Of a stretch of DNA of 64,000 nt, positions 50,560 to 60,200 are shown piece by piece (the first letter of the stretch is position 1; each line of letters begins with the position of its first letter). The notes beneath the pieces were generated by a model. It was given only the letters and a program-made list of their open reading frames with translations. It was not told the origin of the DNA and did not search any database. Location: positions 2,841 through 66,840 of the forward strand of contig VGBK01000002.1 of NCBI GenBank assembly GCA_016870535.1, in the 5' to 3' direction. A program made the translations under genes and the position numbers. Source of the stretch: Actinomycetota bacterium. Its GTDB lineage: Bacteria; Actinomycetota; Acidimicrobiia; Spongiisociales; UBA11373.

Positions 50560-51489
50560 TCAGCGCGTGCGCCGATCGACCTTGTAGCAGGAGCCCACCT
50601 CGTGCTTGGCGTGCTCCTTCATCTCCGAGGCCACCGCCGAGGCTTCCCATTCACTGTTGAAAGTGCGGCGCAGGTTGGTTGCCACTCCCAACGAGATGGA
50701 GACGATGGGAAAGGCATGGCGCTCACCGCGGCGGTCGATGACCTCCACGAAGCCGCGCAACGCGTCCTGCGGGTCGTAGAAGTCGAGGATGCCGTCGTCG
50801 AAGCGGTCGACGACCGTCTTGCAGAAGGTCTCGCCCACATCGGGGTGCATCACCGCGATGAAGTCGTCGCCCCCCACGTGGCCCACGAAGCACGAGGGGT
50901 CATCGGTGTCCGCCGCCGCCTGGACCAGCACGTTGGCGGTGAACTTGATCACGTTGTCGCCGCGCATGAAGCCGTAGTGATCGTTGAAGGCCTTGAAGTT
51001 GTCCAGGTCGGCGTGAACCACCGCCATAGGGCGGCCACTGGAGACCCGGCGCTGCAACTCCTCGGCGATACGGAAGTTGCCGGGGAGGGCGGTCAGCGGG
51101 GACAGGTCCCGCATGGCCTTGGAGCGGCGCAGGACGGCCCCCACCCGCGCCACCAGTTCTTCGATGTCGAACGGCTTGGTTATGTAGTCGTCCGCACCCA
51201 GTTCCAGGCCCCGCACCCGGTCGCGGGCGTCGGTGCGCGCCGTGAGCAGGACTACCGAGACGCTGGACGTCCCCGGACTTACCCGGAGCCGGCTGAGCAG
51301 TTCCAGCCCGTCCAGGTCGGGCATGAGGATGTCCAGCAGGATCAGATCCGGCGGCTCCTCCAGGGCGGCGCGCAGCCCGGCGTTGCCCTCAGTAGCGGTG
51401 GCTACCTGGTAACCCTCCCGCTCCAGGCTGATCCGCACGAAGCGCACGACGTCGGCGTCGTCGTCGATGACCAGGATCCGTTCGCTCAT
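50560..51489 (-). CDS. Response regulator with receiver and GGDEF (diguanylate cyclase-like) domains. The signature reads GGDDF.
   Basis: REC domain (LVIDDD ... DLILLDILMPDLDG ... ITKPF). GGDEF domain (ADLDNFKAFNDHYGFMRGDNVI ... GHVGGDDFIAV). Confidence 0.75.
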   Translation of the reverse strand: MSERILVIDDDADVVRFVRISLEREGYQVATATEGNAGLRAALEEPPDLILLDILMPDLDGLELLSRLRVSPGTSSVSVVLLTARTDARDRVRGLELGADDYITKPFDIEELVARVGAVLRRSKAMRDLSPLTALPGNFRIAEELQRRVSSGRPMAVVHADLDNFKAFNDHYGFMRGDNVIKFTANVLVQAAADTDDPSCFVGHVGGDDFIAVMHPDVGETFCKTVVDRFDDGILDFYDPQDALRGFVEVIDRRGERHAFPIVSISLGVATNLRRTFNSEWEASAVASEMKEHAKHEVGSCYKVDRRTR

Positions 51490-52152
51490 CTAGTCCCCGA
51501 CCGCAGCTCGTAGTTCCTGCACGGCGGCCACCGGGTCGGGAGCACGGACCACCGCGGTGCCGGCCACGAAGGCGTCGGCCCCGGCCCGGCGCGCCAGCCG
51601 TGCGGTCTCCGGTGTGATGCCACCATCGATCTCGACATCGGCAGCCAGGCCCCGCGAGTCAATGAGCATTCGCGCCGCCTCGACCTTTTCCAGGACCTCG
51701 GGAATGAACCCCTGGCCACCGAACCCGGGGTTCACCGACATCACGAGCACCAGGTCGCACAACTCCAGGAAAGGCGCGGCCGCCTCGAACGGTGTGGGGG
51801 GGTTGATCACCAGGCCGAACTGCAGGCCCAGCCCCCGGGCCGCCTTCGCCGCCCGCGTGGGATCGGGGTGCACCTCCAGGTGCACCGATACCAGGTCGGC
51901 CCCGGCCGCCTTCAGGTCGGCGAAGAGCGCCATGGGGTTGGTCACCATCAGGTGCGCATCGAAGAACAGGCGCGAGACCCGCCGCAGCGAGGCGATCACT
52001 GGAGGGCCGAAGGAGAGGTTGGGCACGAAGTGCCCGTCCATGATGTCGAGGTGCAGGAAGTCCAGGTGGGGCTCCAGAACGGCGAGTTCCTCACCCAGGC
52101 GGGCGAAGTCGGCGTTGAGGATGGAGGCGGCGAGACGGGCGGGCTTGGCCAC
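51490..52152 (-). CDS. rpe: Ribulose-phosphate 3-epimerase.
   Basis: LHLDIMDGHFVPNLSFG ... MSVNPGFGGQ ... DGGI motifs. Confidence 0.9.
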   Translation of the reverse strand: MAKPARLAASILNADFARLGEELAVLEPHLDFLHLDIMDGHFVPNLSFGPPVIASLRRVSRLFFDAHLMVTNPMALFADLKAAGADLVSVHLEVHPDPTRAAKAARGLGLQFGLVINPPTPFEAAAPFLELCDLVLVMSVNPGFGGQGFIPEVLEKVEAARMLIDSRGLAADVEIDGGITPETARLARRAGADAFVAGTAVVRAPDPVAAVQELRAAVGD

Positions 52153-52213
52153 GCGGCGAGTGTATCGCGGGGCCGGCGCCGTCTGCCGCCGGCCCGGCGC
52201 CTACCCTTTCGGC

Positions 52214-53020
52214 ATGGACCGCTACCGCATCGCTCCCGACACCACGGTGAACCTCGCCGCCCTCGACCCCGGCGACACCGGCGGCCTCCGGGAAAAGGAG
52301 GCCCGGGAGCGCCTGGGCGAGCTGAATCGCCGCCTGGAGACGCTTCAGGAGCTCCTGTACGCGGAGGGCAAGCGCAAGGTGCTCGTCGTTCTCCAGGCGA
52401 TGGACACCGGGGGCAAGGACGGCGTCATCCGCCGGGTCTTCGACGGGGTGAACCCCCAGGGAGTGAAGGTCGCCGCCTTCGGCCGGCCCACCGAGGAGGA
52501 ACTGGCCCACGACTACCTGTGGCGGGTGCACCGCCACACCCCCGGTGCCGGCCAGATGGTGATCTTCAACCGCAGCCACTACGAGGACGTGCTGGTGGTT
52601 CGGGTGCGCGCCCTGGTTCCGGACTCCGTCTGGAGCCGCCGTTACCGCCACATCAACGAGTGGGAGCACCTGCTGGCCGATGAGGGGACGACCATCCTCA
52701 AGTTCTTCCTGCACATCTCCCCCGAGGAGCAGGCGATCCGCCTGGCAGAGCGCCGCGACGACCCCGCCAAGCAGTGGAAGTTCCGGCGAGGCGACCTCGA
52801 AGAGCGGCGCCTGTGGACCTCCTACATGGCGGCCTACGAGGCCGTCCTCTCCCGCACCAGCACCCCCTGGGCTCCCTGGTTCGTCGTCCCGGCCGACCGC
52901 AAGTGGTACCGCGACCTGGTGGTCGCGACGGCCCTCGTGGAGGCTCTGGAAGGCCTGCAGATGGCCTATCCCCCACCGGCAGAGGATCTCTCGGGCATCG
53001 TCATCCCGCCGGCGGGGTGA
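52214..53020 (+). CDS. ppk2: Polyphosphate kinase 2 (polyphosphate:nucleotide phosphotransferase).
   Basis: Walker A-like LQAMDTGGKDG and the PPK2 lid (FNRSHYEDVL). ATG at 52214. The track ORF from 51557 is antisense to rpe. Confidence 0.8.
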   Translation: MDRYRIAPDTTVNLAALDPGDTGGLREKEARERLGELNRRLETLQELLYAEGKRKVLVVLQAMDTGGKDGVIRRVFDGVNPQGVKVAAFGRPTEEELAHDYLWRVHRHTPGAGQMVIFNRSHYEDVLVVRVRALVPDSVWSRRYRHINEWEHLLADEGTTILKFFLHISPEEQAIRLAERRDDPAKQWKFRRGDLEERRLWTSYMAAYEAVLSRTSTPWAPWFVVPADRKWYRDLVVATALVEALEGLQMAYPPPAEDLSGIVIPPAG

Positions 53021-53927
53021 AGCGCGCCGGCCGCCCCTGCCGGCCCCGCATCCACTCCGCCGCCGCCAGGCGACGCCCCCCGGCGGGCTGGACCTCCAGC
53101 AACTCCACCGCGCCGTCGGCGGTCCCCAGCACCACCCGGCCGCCTTGCGGCACCGCCACCCCCGGCTCAGGCCCGGGGCCCTCCTCGCCCCGGGCGCGCC
53201 AGAGCTTCAGCCGCCGCCCGTCCATCTCCGTCCAGGCTCCGGGACGCGGATCGAAGGCGCGCACCGCCCGCAGCACCGCGGCGCGCCGGTGCCGGAGGGG
53301 ATCGACGAAGGCCTCCTCCACCCGTACCCGCGCCGCCGCCGTCGCCCCCCCTTCGGGCTGGGCTCGCGGTATCAGCGAGCCGTCGAGGTAGGCCGGCAAG
53401 AACTCCGCCAGCATCCCGGCGCCCAGCATCGCCAGGCGGGCGCTGAGCTCCCCGGCGCTCTCCTCGGGCCCAATCCCGACGGGCATCATCCGCAGCGCCG
53501 GTCCGGTGTCCAGGCCGGCGTCCACCTGCATCAGCGTGACTCCGGTGACCTCGTCGCCGGCCAGGATGGCGCGCACCACCGGACTGGCGCCCCGCCACCG
53601 CGGGAGCAGGGAGAAGTGCACGTTCACGAAGCCGTGGCGGGGCACTGCCAGCAACTCCGGCGGCAGGATCTGGCCGTAGGCCACCACCACCGCCACCTCG
53701 GGCTTGAGCCCCCGCAGCAGTTCCAGGTCCTCGATGGCGCGCGTCGGCTGGCTGACCGGGAGCCCGCGCTCGAGCGCCGCCTGCTTGACCGGCGGGGGCT
53801 GCGGCCTCCCCGAGCGGCCCCGCGGCTTGTCGGGGCGGGTGGTCACCAGCACCACCTCGGCCATCTCCAGCAGCGCCTCCAGAGACGGTACCGCCTCAGC
53901 GGGGGTGCCGAAGAAGGCAGCCCTCAA
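53001..53927 (-). CDS. fmt: Methionyl-tRNA formyltransferase.
   Basis: Formyltransferase N-domain (HGFVNVHFSLLPRWRGASP) and C-domain. Confidence 0.85.
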   Translation of the reverse strand: MRAAFFGTPAEAVPSLEALLEMAEVVLVTTRPDKPRGRSGRPQPPPVKQAALERGLPVSQPTRAIEDLELLRGLKPEVAVVVAYGQILPPELLAVPRHGFVNVHFSLLPRWRGASPVVRAILAGDEVTGVTLMQVDAGLDTGPALRMMPVGIGPEESAGELSARLAMLGAGMLAEFLPAYLDGSLIPRAQPEGGATAAARVRVEEAFVDPLRHRRAAVLRAVRAFDPRPGAWTEMDGRRLKLWRARGEEGPGPEPGVAVPQGGRVVLGTADGAVELLEVQPAGGRRLAAAEWMRGRQGRPARFTPPAG

Positions 53928-54427
53928 CTCTCCCCTCCCAAGCCGAGTGCCTCCTCGCGCAGTTCCTTGAGGGCCTGCTTGCGCGTCCGCCGCGGCAGGC
54001 GCTCGAGGATGAGCGTGCCCCCCAGGTGATCGATCTCATGCTGCAGTACCCGGCCCAGCAACTCCTCCCCGGCGTACTCCACCTCTGCCCCGTCCAGATT
54101 CAGCCCGCGCGCCCGGGCGAAGGCGGGACGGCGCACCGGCCAGAACCGTCCCGGGACCGATAGGCACCCCTCGTCGAAGGACCACGCCCCCGAGGTCTCC
54201 AGCAACTCCGGGTTGATGAGGTGGTGCGGTCCCTCACCGATGTCGAAGACCACCACCCGCAGGGCTACCCCGATCTGAGGGGCGGCCAGGCCGACCCCCG
54301 GGGCCCGGTACATCGTCTCCAGCATGTCGTCGACCAGGCGGCGGATCTCACCGTCGATGCGGCTCACCGGCGCCGCCGGAGCGCGCAGCACCGGGTCGGG
54401 CCAGCTGCGGATGGGGAAGACGGCCAC
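53924..54427 (-). CDS. def: Peptide deformylase.
   Basis: GVGLAAPQIG, EGCLSVPG and HEIDHLGG motifs. Confidence 0.9.
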   Translation of the reverse strand: MAVFPIRSWPDPVLRAPAAPVSRIDGEIRRLVDDMLETMYRAPGVGLAAPQIGVALRVVVFDIGEGPHHLINPELLETSGAWSFDEGCLSVPGRFWPVRRPAFARARGLNLDGAEVEYAGEELLGRVLQHEIDHLGGTLILERLPRRTRKQALKELREEALGLGGES

Positions 54428-54464
54428 GGCTCCTCCTGTGCCGGGCGGTGAGGATAGCCCGGAG

Positions 54465-56226
54465 TCAGAGGTCGATGGGGTCGGCGTCGACCCGCACCCG
54501 GGCCCCGCCGTCGCGCCATTCCTGCACCTGGGAGCGCAGCATCAACCGGGCCCCCTGCAGGTCACCACCCTGCAAGAGCCAGCGCATCCGGTCGCCGCGC
54601 CCCACCGGCCCGTGCACCTCCGCTCGCCCGGCTACCCCTTCCCGGAGGGCGGCATCGGCCCCTTCGGGCGCTCCGCTCGTCTCGATCACGAGGATCTCCC
54701 CCGCCGGAGGGAACCCCAGCGCCGCTCGGCCCGCCGTCTCCGCGGTCAGCAGCGGCAGGGGGTCTCCCCGCCGCAGGGCCAGGAACGCCGGATGGCCCGG
54801 GTCGGCGGTCTGCACCAATGCCCTCCTGCCTCTCCCCGGCCCCGCGGCGCCGGCCACCCGCGCCATCAACCGCAGGCCGTCCTCCACCGCCCGGTAGTGC
54901 GGGGCCCGCAGCAACCCGTCGGCGTCGACCACCACCCCGAGGTCCACGGGCCCCAGATCGGCGAGGTCGCGCTCGGTGCCCACCACCACCGGCCGGCCGC
55001 TGCCGGCCTCCCCCACAGCGCCCCTCCCGAGGAAGCCGCTCACCTCGGCCACCAGGCGGCCCACCGTCGCCCCCAGCGGTTCGAAGCGGCGCCCACCGCA
55101 GCGGGCACAGGGCCCCAGGTCGGCGCGGCAGCGCGGGCAGGAACCTCCCCCGTCGGGACGGCAGGCGCATCGGGGACAGAGGCGCAGGCTCCGGCACGAG
55201 AGGCACCGCAGCGCCGGAGCGCGCTCGGCAGCCAGCACGAAGGCCCGCCCCCCCGAGGTCGCCACCGCCCGCAAGGCCTGCCGCCCCCGCTCCGCCACCA
55301 GGCCTCCGCCCGGGGGCTCCGCCGACCGGTCCACTACCTCCACCAGTCCCCAGGGCCGTCGCCCGAGGCGGACCAGAGAGGGGGCGCGGTGCAGCGCCTC
55401 GGCGGTGGGAACCGCTCCGCACAGAACGAGGGGAAACCGCTCCACGGCGGAGCGCCGCCAGAGCAGATCCCGGGCGTGGGTCGTAGGCGTCGCCCGGTCC
55501 TTGAGACCCCGCCGCCCCTCCTCCACCACCACGGCCAGGGACAAGCCGGCCAGGGGCCACAGCGCCACCTCCCTGGTACCCACCACCAGGCGACCCGGCT
55601 GCCGGCCGGCCTCCCAGGCCGCCGTCAGCGCCCCGGCGCCGCCCTCGGCGGCCGCCGGGACCACCCGCTCCCCGAACCATGCGACGAGACCCTCGGCCAG
55701 GCGCCCCGCTTCGGCCACCGAAGCCACCACCACCACCACGCTTCGTCCCGCCGCCAGGACGGGCGCCGCCAGGCCGGCGATCGGCCCCGCCCAGGGTCCG
55801 GGCCCCAGCAGGTAGCGAGCCCCCAGGTGCCGCCCGGCAGCGGCCGCCGCCGACGCTTCCGGCAGCGGCGAAGCCCCGGCGGCGCCGACCGGCGCCAGGC
55901 CCGCCGGCGGGCGGCGGCGGGGCACATTCGGGGGAGCGCCCTTGCCCAGCACCACCGCCAGCGGGGCCACGTAGTGCAGCGCCGCCCAGCGCATCACCTC
56001 CAGCAGGCCCCGTCCGAAGACCGACTCATCCCCGCGGCGGCCCAGCAGCGGCCGCAGGCCGGGACGCGCCGTCTCGCCGACCGCGACCACGAATCCCTGC
56101 ACCCGCCGGCCGCCCAGCGGAATGCGCACCAGCGCCCCCACTTCCACGGCAACCCCGGCGGGCACCTCGTAGGCGAACCCGTCGTCGACGGCGAAGGTGG
56201 GCAGATCGGGCACCACCCGGGCCACG
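54465..56226 (-). CDS. priA: Primosomal protein N' (PriA), actinobacterial type.
   Basis: N-terminal 3'-DNA-binding domain, helicase-like core, and a Cys-rich zinc-binding insert (CLSCRSLRLCPRCACR...CPRCR...CARCGG). GTG at about 56226 directly downstream of coaBC. The track start at 57182 overlaps coaBC. Confidence 0.7.
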
Positions 56227-56236
56227 AGCGGAGCGC

Positions 56237-57427
56237 TCAGGGTGTGCCCCGGCTCCTCAGCTCGGCGATCCGCTCCCAGAGGAGGGCCGCCACCCGGCGC
56301 TTGGGCAAGCGCTCCCACCGTTCCAGCGTCCCGTCGGGGAGGATCAGGGCCACCTCGTTGTCCTCGCTCCCGAACCCCGAGCCGGCAACGGTCACGTCGT
56401 TGGCCACCAGGAGGTCCACTCCCTTGGACACCGCCTTCGCCACGGCTCCCTCCGCCGGCCCCGTCTCGGCGGCGAAGCCGACCAGGAACGGGCGCGGCCG
56501 CATCGCCGCCACCCCGGCCAGCACGTCGGGGGTGGGCTCCAGCACCAGGTCGGGCGGCCCCGCGGCCCGCCGCAGCTTCCCGGAGGCGGGCTGTGCCGGC
56601 CGGAAGTCGGCCACCGCCGCCGCCATCACCGCCACGTCGACTTCTCCGGCGCGGCTCCACACCGCCTCGGCCATCTCCTGGGCCGTCTCCACCCGGATCG
56701 CTTCGAGCCGGCGCGCCGCCGGAGGGTCGGCCGCCGTGACCAGGGTGACGACGGCGCCGCGCGCCGCCGCCTCCTCGGCTACGGCGTGGCCCATCTTGCC
56801 CGACGAGCGGTTCCCCACGAACCGGACCGGGTCGATGGGCTCGCGGGTGCCGCCCGCGGTGACCAGGACGCGCCAGCCCTCCAGCGTCCCCGCCCCCAGG
56901 CTTCGCTCCAGAGCGGCGGCGATCTCTTCGGGCTCCACCATGCGGCCGGGCCCGGCATCCCCGCCCGCCAGCGGCCCACTCGCCGGACCCACCACCGTCA
57001 CCCCGTCGGCCAGCAGGGCCGCCAGGTTGCGGCGGGTGGAGGGATGGGACCACATCTCGGAGTGCATCGCCGGGGCTATCACCACCGGTGCCCGGGTGGC
57101 CAGCACCACCGCCGACAGCAGATCCTCGCTCAGCCCGTGCGCCAGACGCGCCATGGTGGCCGCGGTGGCCGGGGCCACGCACACGGCGTCGGCCCAGCGT
57201 GCCAGGTCCAGGTGGGGGGCTGCCGTCGGCTCGTCCCAGAACCCGGTGGCCGGAGCGACGCCGGTCAGCCCGGAGAGAGTGGCCGGCCCGATGAAGCGCA
57301 GGGCCGATTCGGTGACGACGGTGCGCACCTCGGCGCCGGCCTGCACCAGGAGTCGGGCCAGATGGGCGCTCTTGTAGGCGGCGATACCCCCGGTTATGCC
57401 CAGGACGATGCGCCGGCCGGCGAGCAC
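56237..57427 (-). CDS. coaBC: Bifunctional phosphopantothenoylcysteine decarboxylase / phosphopantothenate--cysteine ligase.
   Basis: Flavoprotein N-domain (ILGITGGIAAYK) and DFP C-domain. Confidence 0.85.
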   Translation of the reverse strand: MLAGRRIVLGITGGIAAYKSAHLARLLVQAGAEVRTVVTESALRFIGPATLSGLTGVAPATGFWDEPTAAPHLDLARWADAVCVAPATAATMARLAHGLSEDLLSAVVLATRAPVVIAPAMHSEMWSHPSTRRNLAALLADGVTVVGPASGPLAGGDAGPGRMVEPEEIAAALERSLGAGTLEGWRVLVTAGGTREPIDPVRFVGNRSSGKMGHAVAEEAAARGAVVTLVTAADPPAARRLEAIRVETAQEMAEAVWSRAGEVDVAVMAAAVADFRPAQPASGKLRRAAGPPDLVLEPTPDVLAGVAAMRPRPFLVGFAAETGPAEGAVAKAVSKGVDLLVANDVTVAGSGFGSEDNEVALILPDGTLERWERLPKRRVAALLWERIAELRSRGTP

Positions 57428-57431
57428 GGCC

Positions 57432-57662
57432 TCACTCGCCGCGATCGATGATCACCTTGTCGGCGGCGATCTCCTCGAAGGCGATCGACAAGGGCTTGCG
57501 CGACAGCGAATGCACCTGCGGGGGCACATAGGAGCCGAGCCCGTCGCCCAACTGGTGGAAGTAGGCGTTGATCTGCCGGGCGCGCCGCGCCGCCAGCACC
57601 ACCAGGGCGAAGCGGTTCTCCGTGCGCTCCAGGACGGTCTCGATGGCCGGTTCGATCATCAT
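57432..57662 (-). CDS. rpoZ: DNA-directed RNA polymerase subunit omega.
   Basis: MMIEPAIETVLERTENRFALVVLAARRARQINAY... Start overlaps the gmk stop (ATGA). Confidence 0.8.
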   Translation of the reverse strand: MMIEPAIETVLERTENRFALVVLAARRARQINAYFHQLGDGLGSYVPPQVHSLSRKPLSIAFEEIAADKVIIDRGE

Positions 57663-58216
57663 GCGGTGTTTCCCGGGGATTGCGGAGCCGCCAGTATACC
57701 GGCCACCTCGGCGATGGCCCGCCCCAGGTCGTCGTTGACCACGAAGTGATCGAACCGCTCCCGGCCTTCCTCGATCTGGCTTGCCGCCACCGCCAGGCGC
57801 CGGGCTATCTGCTCGTCCCCCGTGTCGCCTCGGCCCCGCAGCCGCGCTTCCAGCACCGCCGGGCTCGGGGGCGCGATGAAGACCAGCCGGGCCTCCGGGT
57901 AGGCGGCCTTCACCTGTTCGGCGCCCAGCAGCTCCACGTCGAGCACCACATCCGACCCGGCGGCCAGCCGGCGCTCCACCGGGGCACGCGGCGTCCCGTA
58001 CAGGTGGCTGCTGTACTCCGCCCACTCCAGCAGCTCGCCGGCGTCCCGGGCGGCGAGGAACTCGGCGCGCGAGACGAAGTGGTAGTCGACTCCGTCCTCC
58101 TCTCCCGCCCGCGCCGGGCGCGTGGTCATGGAGACCGAGAAGTGAAACGCGGCGTGCCGGGCGAGCCCCGCCACGACGCTCGACTTGCCCGCCCCCGAGG
58201 GACCGGAGACGACCAC
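57659..58216 (-). CDS. gmk: Guanylate kinase.
   Basis: P-loop VVVSGPSGAGKSS, YHFVS and the GMP-binding region. The GTG start at 58216 is chosen to avoid overlap with mihF. The track start is at 58309. Confidence 0.8.
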   Translation of the reverse strand: MVVSGPSGAGKSSVVAGLARHAAFHFSVSMTTRPARAGEEDGVDYHFVSRAEFLAARDAGELLEWAEYSSHLYGTPRAPVERRLAAGSDVVLDVELLGAEQVKAAYPEARLVFIAPPSPAVLEARLRGRGDTGDEQIARRLAVAASQIEEGRERFDHFVVNDDLGRAIAEVAGILAAPQSPGNTA

Positions 58217-58238
58217 GAGGCGGCCGCGGCGGGGCGGG

Positions 58239-58550
58239 TCAGGAGAAGGCGGCGAGGAGGGCCTCCTTCTGCCGGGCGCCGAGACCCCGCAGACGGCGGC
58301 TCTCGGCAATCCCCAGGCGCTCCATGAGGCGAGCCGCCTTGACCTTGCCCAGCCCCGGCAGCGCGGTGAGGGCGGCGCTCACCTTGAGGCCGCCGACCGC
58401 CTCGTCGCTGCCGGCCCGGGCGAGCAAGTCCGCCAGGCTCAAAGCCCCCTCCTTCAGCGCCGCCTTCACCGCCGCCCGTTGCCGGCGGGCGGCGGCGGCT
58501 TTCGCCAGGGCGTCGGCTCGCTGTTCGGGGGTCAACTTCGGTAGTGCCAT
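58239..58550 (-). CDS. mihF: Integration host factor, actinobacterial type (mIHF).
   Basis: MALPKLTPEQRADALAKAAAARRQRAAVKAALKEGALSLADLL... is the mIHF family. Confidence 0.8.
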   Translation of the reverse strand: MALPKLTPEQRADALAKAAAARRQRAAVKAALKEGALSLADLLARAGSDEAVGGLKVSAALTALPGLGKVKAARLMERLGIAESRRLRGLGARQKEALLAAFS

Positions 58551-58575
58551 CACCCCTCCCTCCCTCGGGACCACT

Positions 58576-59268
58576 CTATCGCCCGGCCAGCTCGGCGTGC
58601 AGGCGCTCCACCGCCGCCACCGGATCCGGGGACTCGATGATCGGCCGGCCCACCACCAGCAGATCGGCCCCCCGGGCCACGGCCTCGGTGGGGGTCGAGA
58701 TCCGCCGCTGGTCGTGAGCGGCCGTCCCCGCCGCCCGGATCCCGGGCGTCACTCGCAGCAGGCCCGGAGCGACCTCGGCTACCACACGCAGCTCCTTGGG
58801 CGAGCAGATCACCCCCTCCACCTCCGCCTCTGCCGCCCGCCGAGCCAGCCGCGAGGTCAGCTCGCCCGGCGATCTCCCGAAGAGAGCGCCCGCCGCCGCC
58901 TCGTCGATGCTGGTGAGCACGGTCACCGCCAGTATCCCGGCAGCCCGGCCCCCGGCGCCGGCCTCCAGCCCCGCTGCCGCGGCGCGCAGCATCTCCACGC
59001 CCCCCGAGGCGTGGGCGGTCACCCAGCGCGCCCCGTACTCCCCCAGGCGGCGCGCCGCCGCCTGGACCTGGCTCGGGATGTCGTGCAGCTTGGCGTCGGC
59101 GAAGACCGGCCCCAGCCGGGCCACCGCGCCCACCACGCCGGGCCCCGGCCCGTGCAGCAGGCCCAGGCCAACCTTGAACCCGGCCACCTTGCCGGCCAGC
59201 AGCCGGGCCAGGCGCACCGCCTCTTCGGCGCGCCGCACGTCCAGAGCCACCAGCAGTGGGCTCGTCAC
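58576..59268 (-). CDS. pyrF: Orotidine 5'-phosphate decarboxylase.
   Basis: LLVALDV ... FADAKLHDIP ... motifs. GTG start near 59268. Upstream ORF extension rejected. Confidence 0.75.
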   Translation of the reverse strand: MTSPLLVALDVRRAEEAVRLARLLAGKVAGFKVGLGLLHGPGPGVVGAVARLGPVFADAKLHDIPSQVQAAARRLGEYGARWVTAHASGGVEMLRAAAAGLEAGAGGRAAGILAVTVLTSIDEAAAGALFGRSPGELTSRLARRAAEAEVEGVICSPKELRVVAEVAPGLLRVTPGIRAAGTAAHDQRRISTPTEAVARGADLLVVGRPIIESPDPVAAVERLHAELAGR

Positions 59269-60191
59269 CAGGGCCTCCAGGCGCCCACCAGTTCGGTCAC
59301 CCGGTCCACCCGGTGGCGGCGGCCGTAGCGGTGCAGATCCCGCACCATCCGCCTTCCCGCCCGGGTGTCGGCGAAGTGGGCCGTGCCCACCGCCACCGCC
59401 TGCGCCCCGGCCAGCAGGAACTCCACGACATCCGCCCCGCTCCGCACCCCACCGCCTCCCACCAGCGGCAGGTCGGGCAGGGCGCGGCGCACCTCCAGCA
59501 CGGCCCGCACCGCAATCGGCTTGATGGGCCCTCCCGAGTAGCCCCCCACCACCCCCGAGATGCCCGGCCGCCGCGTCTCGGGATCGATCGCCGCCCCCCA
59601 CACCGTGTTCCCCACCACGACGAAGTCGGCCCCGGCGGCGGCCACCGCGGCGGCCACCGCAGCCACATCGGGGGCGTTGGGAGACAGCTTGGCTCCCACG
59701 GGCAGGGTGGTAGCCGCCCGTACCCCGGCCACCACCTCCGCCGCCGTCCCCGGCTCCAGGGCGAACATCAGTCCGCTCTCGAGGTTGGGGCACGACAGGT
59801 TCACTTCCAACGCGGCCACCCCGCTGGGCGTCAGGGCCGCCGCCACTCGGGCGAACTCGGCCGCCGTCCTGCCTACCACCGACGCCCAGACCGGCACCCC
59901 CGCCTCCGCCAGGCGAGGGGCCACCGTCTCGAGCCACCCGGCGACTCCCAGGTTCTGGATGCCGATGCCGTTGAGCATCCCGGTCCCCACCGGGTACAGG
60001 CGCGGCGGGGGCCGGCCCTCCCAGGGGGCTTCGCTCACCGACTTGGCCACCGCCGCGCCGTAGTGCTCGAACGCCCCCACCGCGGCGAAGTCCACCACGG
60101 AGCCCACCGTGCCCGACGCCGCCACCAGCGGGGACCTCAGGGTCAGCGGGCCCAGACGGGTGGTGAGATCCACCGTCTCAGCCCTCCCCAC
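59265..60191 (-). CDS. pyrD: Dihydroorotate dehydrogenase, class 1-type catalytic subunit.
   Basis: GMLNGIGIQN ... NLSCPN ... VGGGGV motifs. No adjacent pyrK. Confidence 0.8.
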   Translation of the reverse strand: MGRAETVDLTTRLGPLTLRSPLVAASGTVGSVVDFAAVGAFEHYGAAVAKSVSEAPWEGRPPPRLYPVGTGMLNGIGIQNLGVAGWLETVAPRLAEAGVPVWASVVGRTAAEFARVAAALTPSGVAALEVNLSCPNLESGLMFALEPGTAAEVVAGVRAATTLPVGAKLSPNAPDVAAVAAAVAAAGADFVVVGNTVWGAAIDPETRRPGISGVVGGYSGGPIKPIAVRAVLEVRRALPDLPLVGGGGVRSGADVVEFLLAGAQAVAVGTAHFADTRAGRRMVRDLHRYGRRHRVDRVTELVGAWRPW

Positions 60192-60200
60192 CCGCCGCCT

